Source: Podarcis melisellensis (taxonomy: Eukaryota). Taken from it: a stretch of DNA of 64,000 nt. Within the stretch, counting starts at the first letter, position 1. Every line of letters begins with the position of its first letter. Shown piece by piece: positions 14,556-27,207 of this stretch. The position numbers and the translations under genes were made by a program. Where the stretch lies: the NCBI GenBank assembly GCA_964234715.1, contig OZ174280.1; one strand, given 5' to 3'. The notes below the pieces were generated by a model, which did not search any database, was not told the DNA's origin, and worked only from the letters and a program-made list of their open reading frames with translations.

Positions 14556-15067
14556 CTGCAAAAGGGTTGGGGGTTGGAGGAGGAAAGATGCTTATTAAAT
14601 TGCAGGTCCTCTACAGGCTGCAGCCCCCTCAGCCTAATTTCAAAAGGCCTTGGTATGCAATCAGTTCATACCGCCCCCTGGAATTCTCTGCCACCAGCAG
14701 GCAGATCACTGGGTAGAGAGGAAGGTTGGGGAGAGAAAAGGGAGGGTCAGAAAGAGAGGCAGAAAAGAAGGTAGCAGAAGAGGAGAGGCAGAGGGAGGAA
14801 GTGAAATAAACAATGAAACAGAGGAGGAGAGAGAAATGGGGTGGGCCAGCCACTTTTGCTCTGGCTTTGCCTGATATGGGCCCACCACCTGAATGGGTTT
14901 TTACTTTCATTTAGATTTTGTATCTATAGCTGTCATCAGGCCCCTAAAATTTCTACTTCAGTAATAATAATTTAATAACCAGTAAGTCCTAATTTAGAAA
15001 TTTAGATAATTCCTTCCCAATTAAAAAGAATCCAAAATGAGAGGTAACCTGCTCTGAGAACTTATTA

Positions 15068-15301
<234 letters not shown>

Positions 15302-15570
15302 CTAACGTACAAATACACACATGCCTAAACAGCTTTAAATCTCAGCTAAACATTTAATAATGGATTGAATTCAAGTCCACCTCATAACAAAATCTCAAAG
15401 AACTCTACTGGACTCCACACCTTATTATTTTTAAATAGATAAGCTGGCAGAATCTCACCACATATGAAGCAGAACTTCCAGGTCTTAATTACAACTCAAA
15501 CCACATACTAAAATCTTTATTACATTTTAATCTGCTGCCTCTCCGAGAGCCTAGAGTGACACAACAAATA

Positions 15571-16442
15571 CAGTGGTGCCCCGCAAGACGAATGCCTCGC
15601 AAGACGAAAAACCCGCAAGACGAAAGGGTTTTTCGGGTTTTGCGACGCTTCGCTAGACGATTTTCCCTATGGGCTTGCATCGCAAGACGAAAGCCCATAG
15701 GGAAATCTCGGGGACCTTTTTTTAAATGCTGGCGGTGGGGAGCAAAGCCTTTTTCCCCCCTCCGGACTTCAGAAGAGGTCCAGGAAGGCCGGCGGGGGCG
15801 AAAGGCTTTGCTCCCCACCGCCAGCATTTTAAAAGCGGTCCGGGATAGCAGGGAAGCGCTTCCCGCTATCCCGGACGGCTTTTGAAGGCAGGCAGGGGGG
15901 GCAAAGACTTTTGCCCCCCCGCCCGCCATGGGAAGAGGTCCTGGACCTCTTCCCAAGGCGGGCGGGGGGCAAAGGTCTTTGCCCCCCCTGCCTGCCTAAC
16001 CGGGGGCTTTTTAAAAGCCCCCGGACGGCTTTTGAAGCCTCCCCCCGCCGCCCGGCATCGGGGCATCGTCCCGAAGCCCGGCAGCGGGGCGGGAAAGCCT
16101 GGGCGCGCTTGCAACTCTCCGCAAGGAGCGCGCTGCTTGCGGAGAGGTCCGCGCCTGTCCTGGACCTTTTCTGAAGGCGGGGGGGGGGCAAAAGTCTTTG
16201 TCCCCCCTGCCTGCCTTCCCAGGGGCTTTTAAATCGCCCCGGACAGCGGAGAAGTCCTCCGCTGTCCCGGGCGATTTTAAAATGCCACCCGCCAGAAGAG
16301 GTCGGGGGAAGGCGGTTTCCATAGGAACGCATTAATTGATTTTCAATGCATTCCTATGGAAAACCGTGCATCGCAAGACGAAAAACTCGCAAGACGAAGA
16401 GACTTGCGGAACGAATTAATTTCGTCTTGCGAGGCACCACTG
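15571..16442. mobile_element. 872-bp GC/CpG-rich non-autonomous Tc1/mariner-Tigger element
   Basis: 22-bp TIR CAGTGGTGCC(C/T)CGCAAGACGAA; TA TSD; repeated subterminal CGCAAGACGAA; internal inverted repeats. Confidence 0.9.
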
Positions 16443-16987
16443 TATAAACAGAGATAAAAACTCAAACTTAGGATAGATTGACATGGGGTAGTGACCCTGC
16501 TACCCAAGTAAATGAGATTGGCGGGGACAAACGAGGAAGTTTTTTTCCGGCTGTGGCTCCAATCTTTGGAACTTCTCACCTCTTGACACCTACAAGTCCA
16601 ACACATGCCAATCTTTTCAGAAAGCAGTACTTGGAGACAGCCTTAATTATGTATTCAAACATTTGTTTACTGCCCTTCATTAAATTTGATGCTACGATGA
16701 TTCACAACAATAAAGCAATGAACATGTTGACACTGACCACAAATAAAGGCAGCAGATAAAATATCAGAAACTGTGCTTAAAAGGCCTGGGGGAGTAAAAA
16801 CATTTTGCCTGGTACCTAAAAGATTATGTTGGGGTTGCCTGCATGGAGAGGGAAGTTCCATAACTAGGGCAGTCTAGCCAAGAAAAGTCCTCTCTGTAGT
16901 TGATACCAACTTCACTTCAATTTATCAGTTTCTGATGGGAGAGGTACTCAGAGAAGGGCATTAGCAGATGATCTTGGAGTCCAAGCA

Positions 16988-17200
16988 AGAACATCAGGAA
17001 GAACTTTCTGACAGTAAGAGCTGTTCGACAGTGGAATGGACTCCCATGAGAGGTGGCGGATTTTCTTTCCTTGCAGGTTTTTAAGCAGAGGTTGGATGGC
17101 AATCCCTCATGTATGATCTAGCTGAGATTCCTGCATTGCAGGGGATTAGACTAAATGACCCCTGGGATCCCTTCCAACTCTACAGTTCTATGAGTCTATG
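16988..17200 (+). mobile_element. CR1 LINE 3' end
   Basis: NIRKNFLTVRAVRQWNGLP frame, then CCCTTCCAACTCTACAGTTCTATGA tail. Confidence 0.85.
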
Positions 17201-17590
17201 TGTCTAAGAGCTTTTTCTTTCTTCTTCTTTTGCCCCGACACTTTCCCCATGAAAACCCACTCTTTACTGCTGAAAACAGTTCCACAGAAAAACTGAATTG
17301 CTGTTTGTTCCAATTCACTGCTAAAGAGCAGGTTTTCCTGGAGAGAAAGCCATGAGAAATTACATCCTGTTATTAGATACGAGTAGATGTATTCTGGGCT
17401 TGTGCCATAAATTCTAATTCATTTAGGGCCCACCTTGAGATCTTGGACACGCCAGACATACATTGTGAGGCCAATTCTTAATTTCCCCTGTATGTATTTA
17501 TGTGATGGGAGTGGTGCTCTTGTGTCTCGGTCCCGCCTGTAGTGGGTCCCAAACCACCAGCTGAAGGACAATAATCTTGTGTGCACTTAC

Positions 17591-17657
17591 AGCTATCTGG
17601 CCAGACTCCTCCATGAGATAAACTTTCACATCTTCAAGAGCCACCAAGGCACATTGT
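17591..17657 (-). CDS. PFKFB2: PFKFB2 exon (QCALVALEDVKVYLMEESGQIA)
   Basis: Manual translation; 67 nt; cag acceptor, gtaagt donor. Confidence 0.95.
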
Positions 17658-17727
17658 CTGCAAGATAATCAACATCATCATCATCGAGTAGGATGGTTTA
17701 AACCAAAGACGACATCAAACCAAACTA

Positions 17728-17952
17728 CAGTGGTACCTCTAGTTACGAACTTAATTCGTTCTGGAGGTCCGTTCTTAACCTGAAACTGTTCTTAACTACA
17801 GGTGTGCTTTCACTAATGGGGCCTCTTGCTGCTGCTGTGCTGCCAGCACATAATTTCCTTTCTCATCCTGGGGCAAAGTTCTCAACTCAAAGTAACTCTT
17901 CCAGGTTAGTGGAGTTTGTAACCTGAGGTGTTTGTAACTCGAGGTACTACTG
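17728..17952. mobile_element. Tigger-like MITE
   Basis: TIR CAGTGGTACCTC / GAGGTACTACTG; TA TSD; related to 35830 and 60187 copies. Confidence 0.85.
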
Positions 17953-18336
17953 TACTGGATGCAGTGAGTCAGTGGAATATGTTATACAGCAATAGCCTTC
18001 TCCCTGTTTATTTTATAGTGCAACCCACTGAATCAGATATGGGGGTGGCGAAATGGGATGGGCTGCCCCTGGTACAGTAGGATAGTTTCTTCACATGCCC
18101 CCTTCTACCCTACTATTCTGCCCTTCCTTTTATTTATTTCTATCCCATGGGGATAACTTACTAAAAGTTGAATGATATCTTGGCTTTTCTATCTTCAAAG
18201 GTTTAAAAATAACATCTCCCTGTGTTTTGAGGCTAATTTTAGTGAATTCCAAAACTAGCAACATAAATACTGAATTATGATTATCTGTTATTATTTAACA
18301 GTCACCAATATTTTGAGAGATGCTGGCATTAACTTA

Positions 18337-18489
<153 letters not shown>

Positions 18490-19012
18490 CTAATAGCAGA
18501 TGGAAATCTGGTATCTAAATGCCAGTCATCGAAATACCACTATTCATTCAGATTTTACGTTCACTCCCCTCCTCATGGGCCTCACTTAAAAAAGGAGATT
18601 AAGAAATTAAAAACATGGCATCAATGCATCTGTTTGTGATCTAAGTACAAATATTTCTGTACTACATGAATACCTATAAATGGTTATTTCCATTTTCCAA
18701 ATGGGAAAACTGAATCACAAACACTATGCTTATAGAGGCCCACCAACTTGTTTGGGATTCTCAACCACCTAAAGACTCTGGGGATCGCAATAAGAAACTT
18801 TTTTTCAAAAAATAGAGCTGAAATTAGACTTCTAAAGTACCACTGAAACTTATTTCTTTGCCTTCTACTGACACTGCCAAAAAGTAGAATACTGTGATAC
18901 CATTGTTATTTAGCACTTGTTCAGAACAACTTTTCACTTATAGGAAGAAATAAAAAGATAACCACATCTAGGCATAATCATTCAACCAGGACTGGATTAA
19001 TGCAAGCTTCTA

Positions 19013-19480
<468 letters not shown>

Positions 19481-20574
19481 TCACTCAGTTAAAAATATTT
19501 CCCAATTAAGCTGTGGGCTTTTCAAGGTTAACAGAAAAATGTCACGATCCCTCTTGAGAACACCAATGGAGCCAGCTTCCTTTCTGAACATGATGAATAT
19601 AGATCTGAAATAAATTAAACTGGTCTTTTATTTGCTTTTTGTCTAAGACGCTGAATTTTCTAACATTCATGCTGCCCTCAAATGAATAGGAGCTGCGTAT
19701 GATGCTTATCAAGAAATATATTATTTTTCTTCAGTGAAAGAATAGTCTGCAGTTCATGTACATGATTTGTATTCGGTACAGCAATGATCAAAAGCTTTAA
19801 AAAAAGATGTCTGTGGAACCTGCAGACAAACCTTCCCAACACGATACTGTCTAGATGTCATTATTTTTAAAAGCAAACTAAATAGAATTTCTCCCCATTT
19901 ATAGCCCCAGCATATGGAAGGACTAGTTTGGGGGTGGCTGCTGTAGCTACTACTCCAAGAAATCCTGGCTCCATTTCAGTCAGTACCAGCATTCTCAATT
20001 ATTATAGTGGATCCAGGATTAAATTGCATAACTGAACATTTTACCAATGTGTGGCCATATCCATCTCTGACAGATATCATATGAGAGAAACCTGAAGCTA
20101 CTTCATTACTGGCTTGTCTGGATCTCTTGAAATAAGATGGAACCCCCAAGCCTACCAATTTTACTAATGAGATAAATTTCCCTCTCAAATGTAATCTGGC
20201 AATAACCTAAACAAAATTTCTTTTTTATCCCAAGGCTAAAGGAAGTAGATTGTAACATAAAAATGGGTACAACCCATTCTGCAAGCTGGGCTGAAATAGA
20301 TGGAAGTTGCAGATGAAGAAATCTCTATTTGTTTTCAGCGGGGCATCAGCAAAAGAAGTTCACTGGGATTAGTGTCAAAAATAAGGAGACATGTAAAGAT
20401 GAGCTAGGTCTGTCTGAGAGAAAGAACAATTTTAATAGCTTATTTCTACAAGAGTTAAATCACATTTTAGCTTCGGTGTGTCAGTCCTGAAAGTACAAAA
20501 CCACAGACAACAGCAATTTTCCAGATCAAAATTTTGTGTTGAAGGAATTGGGCAACTTATGCTGAAAAAGCAGC

Positions 20575-20715
20575 CAGGCTTCCTCAAGCTGCTTTTTCAG
20601 CTCCAGATGTTTTTGGCCTACAACACCCATGATCCCTAGCTAGCAGGACCAGTGGTCAGGGATGATGGGAATTGTAGTCTCAAAACATCAGGAGGACTGA
20701 GTTTGAGGAAGCCTG
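20575..20715. mobile_element. hAT-Charlie-like MITE
   Basis: TIR CAGGCTTCCTCAA / TTGAGGAAGCCTG; internal ctacaa..cccat / atgggaattgtag hairpin. Confidence 0.8.
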
Positions 20716-20809
20716 CTCTACACGGATTGTCTGCTCAAACTGTCAGTCTACCATGACTAAACCCTACTAAGGGTCTGTCTGGCCTTAATTTTCAAAGAAT
20801 AGCGTTGTG

Positions 20810-21430
20810 AGTTGGGTGTCTGTGTGTCAGTCTGGATTATATCCTTGGATTCCTTCCAGACCTGTGAGCCTGTACCCAGTGAGGGTTACAATCTAGGAGA
20901 GGCTGCTGAACAGGTCAGACAAAATTTCTATGTAAGATAATGGCTTTAGCTGGCCACTTAAGTACTCTCATTGGCATGTCAAAGAGAATGAACTAGACTG
21001 CAATAGCTACAACTAAGTGATAGTGCTGTCCAGGGATGGAGGGTTGACATTCTCTCCACTCCCCTCATCTGACTGGATGCCACTGTCATTTTAGGATGAA
21101 GAACAATAGTATGGTATGAGTGCTGTGTGTGTGTGTGTGTGTGTGTGTGTTTAGCTGGTGCTGGAAGCTAAACATATCTCTTCTGTCCTGGATCTGAAGC
21201 TGAATTTTGGGCTTCCCTGGAAGCCTAATGGAGAAGCAAGATATGGTGTGGTGTTAATGCTATATGAGCCCCTCCATCCTATACTCATATTGTATATAAG
21301 TGTAAATAAAACCATGTATCCTAAAGGCACCACAGTCTGCTGACCTTCATTCCAAGGAAATGAAGCCTTGAGTAAAGTGCAGGCACTCCCACAGTCTCTT
21401 GCTACTCAGAGATTAGGCTGGTGCACTACA
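20810..21430 (+). mobile_element. Probable degenerate solo LTR, same family as 45304
   Basis: AATAAAACCATGTATCCTAAAGGCACCACAGTCT, ends ...CACTACA; 5' boundary uncertain. Confidence 0.45.
21124..21150. repeat. (TG)n microsatellite
   Basis: Seen directly. Confidence 0.95.
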
Positions 21431-22622
21431 GTAGTATAGGATTCAACCAATAAAGTAAGTCAGTGCCATTACAAAAATTGGAGGGATAGGGTTCAAGACA
21501 GAGTCAAAAAATTAAAATTTAAAAAAATTGTCATGTCAGCAAAAACAAATTGTATGCAGGCCACTGTACTAGAACAATGCAACAAACCTAGCTATTCCAG
21601 GCAGTGCTTTTTTCCTTTAAATATGTTTAGGAGCACTCTCAATTTTGACTCAAGAAAATCACCATTTTATAGTTCAAATAGGGAAAAATAAAAACAGTAA
21701 ATGAACAAAAGTACAAAGATTCACAAAATGTTTAGGGTATACGTCCCCCCAGAAAAAAGCACTGATTGCAGGAATACTGCAGGGACTACAGTCATACAGC
21801 CACAGAGAAATATTTGGAATGGGGTGTAGACCAGCATTTTCCTGGTGGTAGAGAGAGACTGGCAGTTGCATGTATATTTTCTGTAATCACAAGACTGCAA
21901 GAAGCCCTACCAGCGTAGAAGAAACTGAATGTAAGTTACCCTACTGACCTACTGGACTTCACATTCATTTACTTATTCACCCTCTTCCCAGAGGATCTAA
22001 AACAAATAATGAGTTCTAAGAATATAGGTTAAAGGATCCTGGTACTGAGGTTGTTTATTCTTCATTAGCAAACTATCTCATGACTCTGTGACAGTTGTAG
22101 GAAGTCTCCTAGAAACTAAGGTCCTACAGCATACAACTAACCCTTTGGCTGACATTCTAAAAGTATACAGCTATTCAAAGTGGGGGAAGCGGTAGTAGTT
22201 TAGTCATTTTAACAGAAATGACACAAGTAGCTGTGGGCCAGGCTGACAGTAATTTATATAAGATTAATCCCATTATCAATTCCTTTAAAGTATTTCTATT
22301 CCAATTTTATTTTTATTCTGCCTTTCACAGAACTTCACATATCAAAGTAACATGGTTCTCCCTCTTCTCTTTCCAGAGTTTTCTTTTTCTCCTCAAAACA
22401 ACCCCTGTGAAACAGGTGAGGCTAAAAGAAAGCTTGTCGCTATATATAATTTAGCTTGGTCTCATAACATCAAGGTTTGTGCCCCGGGGAATAATTCATC
22501 CCTATATTTAGCACTGTGCTAAATTTGAAAGTTGGAGCACACCCACCCACACCCACACGCCACTTTTCTTTCAGTATTTATATATGTGCTGCCCAGCAAA
22601 GCAAAGCATCACAAATACTCAC

Positions 22623-22722
22623 AGCACTTTTTCTCCGAGAATCGCTGATTTGAAGGTTTGTTTTCTTGGTTGCAACCGTTGCTTTTTACCTGCTCTGGTA
22701 CTGGAGCTGCATCCCCTGACAT
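22623..22722 (-). CDS. PFKFB2: PFKFB2 first coding exon (MSGDAAPVPEQVKSNGCNQENKPSNQRFSEKKC); exon incl. UTR ~22623..22767
   Basis: ATG at 22722; ends SEKKC like mammalian PFKFB2 exon 2; donor gtgagt; acceptor ttttccag at 22768. Full CDS join: 22623..22722, 19108..19233, 18338..18434, 17591..17657, 15161..15235, 14499..14555, 12535..12659, 11334..11541, 9753..9899, 9081..9185, 7428..7557, 6668..6730, 5675..5745, 1909..2121 = 1584 nt, 527 aa. Confidence 0.9.
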
Positions 22723-23530
22723 TGCTGCAAGGCACACACTTCCTCACTTTTGATCGCCAGCCTTCTCCTGGAAAACCAAAGGAGGAGTATTATGAAATGC
22801 TCAGCTCTCTGGCAGTAAAAGAATAACACGCACAAACAGCAATCTGTCCCTGATGTTCCTTCCAAGAGGGACTAAAGTGGGGCAGGGAAAAGCGGAAGCT
22901 ACATTGAAGTTGCTAATCAAGGTCAAGAGATACTCATGGTACTATTTTCAAAGATGACACAAACCCCACAAAGAAGGAAAGTAGGAAAAGGAGTCATTCT
23001 CGCTGAAGAAACCTTTACAACCAGGAAATAGGTATTTGGACCCTATATAATCCTTAGCATCCTTCATTTGACAATTACATCATCTTTCTCTTTCTCTCTT
23101 TTTTGCAGAATTCCAATTGCTAAAGACTTTTCTAGGCTAGAGGGCATTACAGTGATCAGCCCAAAGCCAGCAGCAACACACACCGGTGATCCCAGACATG
23201 TAGCCACGAATAACTGTTGACAAGGATTTATATCTGGAGTTAGAGCTCTCCTGTCAGTTCGGCAGCTGGAGCCTCAAAATCTCTTGCTCAAGCTCAGAGG
23301 CTTTCCTCCCGCCGGGCCCAACACACCTGCAGAATTTAGCACGCCGTCGCTGGGGACAGCAAGTCCAGCGTCTTGAGCACAGAACGGGAGCCGGTCCGGC
23401 AGCTCCAAAGCAGAAATGCAGATTGAGAAAGAGCCCGCCCCCCCTGCCTGCCCCCAAAGGCCAGTGAAGCCAGGGCACTGCAGTGCATCCGAAACCTCAG
23501 CAGCAGGTATCCAGGTGCATCCTATTTTAC

Positions 23531-23700
23531 CTTCCAGACGCCGAGAGGGAAAAGGAGGCCGGCTCTGCGAAGATGCGGAAATGAAAACGGCCAACCGGCA
23601 GCGCCGGCTACGAGGTGCGAATTCAGTAAGTGACGCAAAGAAACGCAGAAAGAGGGAAACGGAAAAAAACAGTGGCAAAAGGAGGGTTATCGTACACTTG
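23531..23700 (-). other. PFKFB2: Candidate non-coding first exon of PFKFB2
   Basis: Minus-strand donor GGAAG|gtaaaa at 23531/23530 inside the CpG island, upstream of the exon-2 acceptor; 5' end unknown. Confidence 0.4.
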
Positions 23701-24345
23701 CGTATGATCACAAGGGTATTGCTCAAGGGTGGTGGTGTATTTAACGATGTGCATGGAATTACATAAGCCCTGTACATCCATCATATTTCTTGGGTGTTGC
23801 ATCACACTCAATGCGTGCACACGTTCGCGGACTGAGTTTGAAAAGCAAGCCGTCTACAGGGGGACGACAGGTAACCGCGGGCAGGAAACTTATCCAGAGG
23901 GCTGGTGGCACTTATCATGGGCAAAATGTAATGCAGCTAACGGTTCGGGACCCACGCCGCAAACGCATGTGCAAAGAGGCTCCGCGTAGCAGCGGCTCCT
24001 GTTACAAAACAATGTGGGGGAAAGGGAGCGCAGAAAGCCGCCGCCGCGACGAGGCATCTTAAGCCTCCAGGCTCAGAGCCTCCTCTACCGCGCATGCGCG
24101 TGGAAGGAATGGCGTGGGAGTCGCCTAAGCCGGATGTTTTCAAGCGATCTTTGGCTGGGAGCTCTCTCCCGAATCTGATTGGTTGCCCCGGTGCCGTGCA
24201 CGTTGGTTCGATGGGAGAAAGGGACCAATAGGAAGTCTGAGGAAGGAGGCGCGAGGGCTGCCGGTAGCCGCCGCCATTTTGCTGTTGGGGGGCTCTGAAA
24301 CCCGGCAGCCGCCGCCGGGACAACTCTGGAACATCAGGCGGCGAG

Positions 24346-24553
24346 ATGTTGCGGCTGCGCTGTAAAGCCCGGAGCGGCTCCTATCCGCTGCCCGGACTCA
24401 CGGCGCACTCCCGCCTGCGCGAGCTCCAGGCCGCGATCGCTACCCTCACCGGGGTCCCCGTCAAGGCCCAGCGCCTGCTGCTCGGTTTCCCCCCGCTCGG
24501 CCTCGACCTCAGCGACGAGGAGCGGCGCCTCGGGGAGCTCGGCATCCACTCTG
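24346..24553 (+). CDS. YOD1: YOD1 exon 1, UBX-like domain (MLRLRCKARSG...GFPP...LGIHSG)
   Basis: ORF from 24346; GFPP UBX-like motif; donor G|gtaggc; in-frame upstream stop at 24265. Confidence 0.93.
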
Positions 24554-26500
24554 GTAGGCCTCTTCAGATGAGAAATTTTTGGGGGGTGTCTTAGCTTCCT
24601 CCTGAGAAGCCGGGGGGTGTCCCTCGAAACTCTTCCTAGCCCTGTACGATGTGTGGTAGTGTAGCCTTCTGTTGTGTAGCTGGACAAAGGGTCAGTTCAC
24701 GAGTAGCCTTGGGATATGCGTCCTCGCAAAGTGGCATTCAGAGGCATCTTACACCGGAACTGGGAACACAGGGTACCGTAGGTAGGCATCGCAACCAAGT
24801 GTTACTGGTCTTATTCTGCTTCGCGAATTTGTCTGTTCCCCTTTTTAAAAGCTTCCAAGTTGGTTGCCATCACCACAATTTTCAAAGGTAAGATCCAAGG
24901 TGGTGAGCGGATCCAGTTATGTCCAACACTGATTAAAAACAGCCTGTAATAGTAACATAGATTGGGATTTTCGTTCAGTTTTTTGGCCAGTTAGAATGGA
25001 TGTATCTATCCTTCCTCCCCAACCTGGCGCCCTCTTGGGTGTTTCAAGCAGTTCCCTCCAGCCCAGCCACATGACCAATGGTAAGAGATGATGGAGACAT
25101 AGTCCAGTAACATCTGGAGGGCACCACTCATTTCCTTTTCTGCCAGCTGGTACGGAAGGGACAAGCCTGATTTCAGTTGGTGCAGCTGAATGAGTGTTTT
25201 CACAAATGGTTTTAGAATGCAATCCTGTGTTCCTTGGAAGTGTGTCCCAGAGGCTATAGGATAGAATGGATCTACTCCTTTAGTGTTGGGAAAGGAGACC
25301 TGATGTCAGAGTCTCCTTTTTTGTTTCAGGTGTCTTGGCCCAAACAGTGTTGGAGCTCCAACATGTGGGGCAAAAAGGGGGTGTTCTAGGAAGCTGCAAG
25401 GATCCAAAGCTATCTATGTCCCCAAGTCCACATACAGGGAGGAGGAAGTTTAGACACACTCCAAAAATTGCCAAAATACATTGCTTCCCTTTCTTTACTT
25501 TTGCTTCTGATTATTACAACAGGAAACGGATAGGAATGCAGGAGTGCCCTTTCTTCCCCTCTGCTGGGTTTACATCCTATATATCTTAGAATAAAGCAGT
25601 TCAATTGTCTTCCATGTTCTCCTCTTACCTGCCCTCTTTAGTATTGGCAGCTTAAGAGGAATAGTTCTGTCCAGCAGTAATATTAGGCTGTCTTCTTAAC
25701 AAATTGTAGTTATCAAAAGATGAGTGGTGCAACATTTCTTTGGAGGGAAACTACACATTGCAAAATATTTCTGAAGCACAGCATGTATTCAATCACATAA
25801 CAGGAAATATTGAAACAATGACACAGGTGTTTTGACATCCTATAATTGTCTAAAATTGGCTGGGTGTTGGTTGTTACTACCCACTAATTAAATTTCAGAT
25901 TTTTGCTGTTAGTATTAGTATTGAATATTCTCAGCCTACCCTGATGCACAAGAGGATTAGTGTAGCTTCCCATCTATTTAAAATGGGGAATATGCTCTCT
26001 CTCTCTCTCTCTCTTTCTCTTTTTGTGTGTATAAATCTTGTTCAGGAATAGGTTGTAATTCCAAAAACACACTTAATGTGTCATAAAACTCAGGGAGCTG
26101 TAGTTCTATATGCACAATAATCCTGTTGACATCTGAAGAAAACATTCAGAAATTGTTGACTGTTAAATTTTAAAGCTATTTCTAGAAGCCCTACAATGAA
26201 ATTTTGAGTTTTCTGATTTCTGCATTTGGCCACCAGGAAATCATGCTGGCAGTAAAATCTAAATCTTACCTACATATTCATGACCAGTTTTTATAATGCT
26301 TTACCTGAGTATCAGAGTACTTAATATATTTTCTCATTTCAGCCTACAGAATATTATTACCCTATTAGATAATGTCGGGGGGGGATCTGAAATATTAATT
26401 CATGGTCGACTGAGACTCGGTAGGGAGGGACTTGTAGTCCATGCTCTTAATTGCTGCAGTAGACTATACCTTTATTTCTTTGTTCTGTTTTTCTTGACAG

Positions 26501-27207
26501 GTGATACACTAATAGTTGAAGAAGATGCAGCCAAGCCCAAGACTGAGTCACCCATAGTTACAAAACGGACTGTTCCTAATTCAGTCAGGGAAGCACTCCC
26601 TGTGCTTGCTCGGAAGGTTGTTCCAGCAGATAACTCATGTCTCTTTACCAGTATATACTATGTGGTAGAAGGTGGGGTTTATGACCCAGGATGTGCCCCA
26701 GAGATGAGAAATCTTATAGCTCAGATAGTAGCAAGTGATCCAGAATCCTATAGTGAGGCAGTACTAGGAAAAACTAACCAGGAATACTGTGAATGGATCA
26801 GAAGAGAAGATACATGGGGAGGTGCAATTGAGGTTTCCATTTTGTCTAAATTCTATCAATGTGAAATTTGTGTAGTGGACACTCAGACGGTTAGAATTGA
26901 TCGTTTTGGGGAAGATGCTGGCTATGCCAAACGGGTTCTTTTAATTTATGATGGTATTCACTATGATCCACTTGAGCGTAAAATTCCCAACTCAGATATT
27001 CCACCCCAGACAATTTTTTCAGCATCTGATGACATTGTCCTTGCACAGGCTTTGGAGTTAGCAGATGAAGCCAGAAGAAAAAGACAGTTTACTGACGTAA
27101 ACCGGTTTACATTGAGATGTATGGTGTGTCAGAAAGGATTAACAGGGCAAGTGGAAGCCAGAGAACATGCCAAGGAGACTGGGCACACCAACTTTGGAGA
27201 AGTGTGA
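26501..27207 (+). CDS. YOD1: YOD1 exon 2, OTU domain plus C2H2 zinc finger (ubiquitin thioesterase OTU1); 304 aa in total
   Basis: PADNSCLF catalytic Cys, [19 protein letters not shown]...HAKETGH; acceptor ttcttgacag at 26500. Confidence 0.97.

Larger units (their letters stand above)
23280..24640. promoter_or_regulatory. CpG island / bidirectional promoter of PFKFB2 and YOD1
   Basis: CpG-rich; NRF1 palindrome CGCGCATGCGCG 24089..24100; ETS CCGGATGT 24130..24137; opposed CCAAT boxes 24178..24182 and 24225..24229; YY1 GCCGCCATTTTG 24270..24281. Confidence 0.85.

Noticed and set aside
15582-15692. Spaced CGCAAGACGAA repeats resembling a CRISPR or iteron array
   Set aside because: Vertebrate DNA; these are subterminal repeats of the TIR element
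15489-16332. Several 100-167 aa ORFs
   Set aside because: Stop-poor GC-rich MITE interior; no transposase motifs
23274-24687. Overlapping long ORFs in the promoter region
   Set aside because: Expected in a CpG island; only the YOD1 exon-1 frame is recognisable
26296-26500. N-terminal part of the 303-aa ORF
   Set aside because: Intronic read-through upstream of the YOD1 exon-2 acceptor
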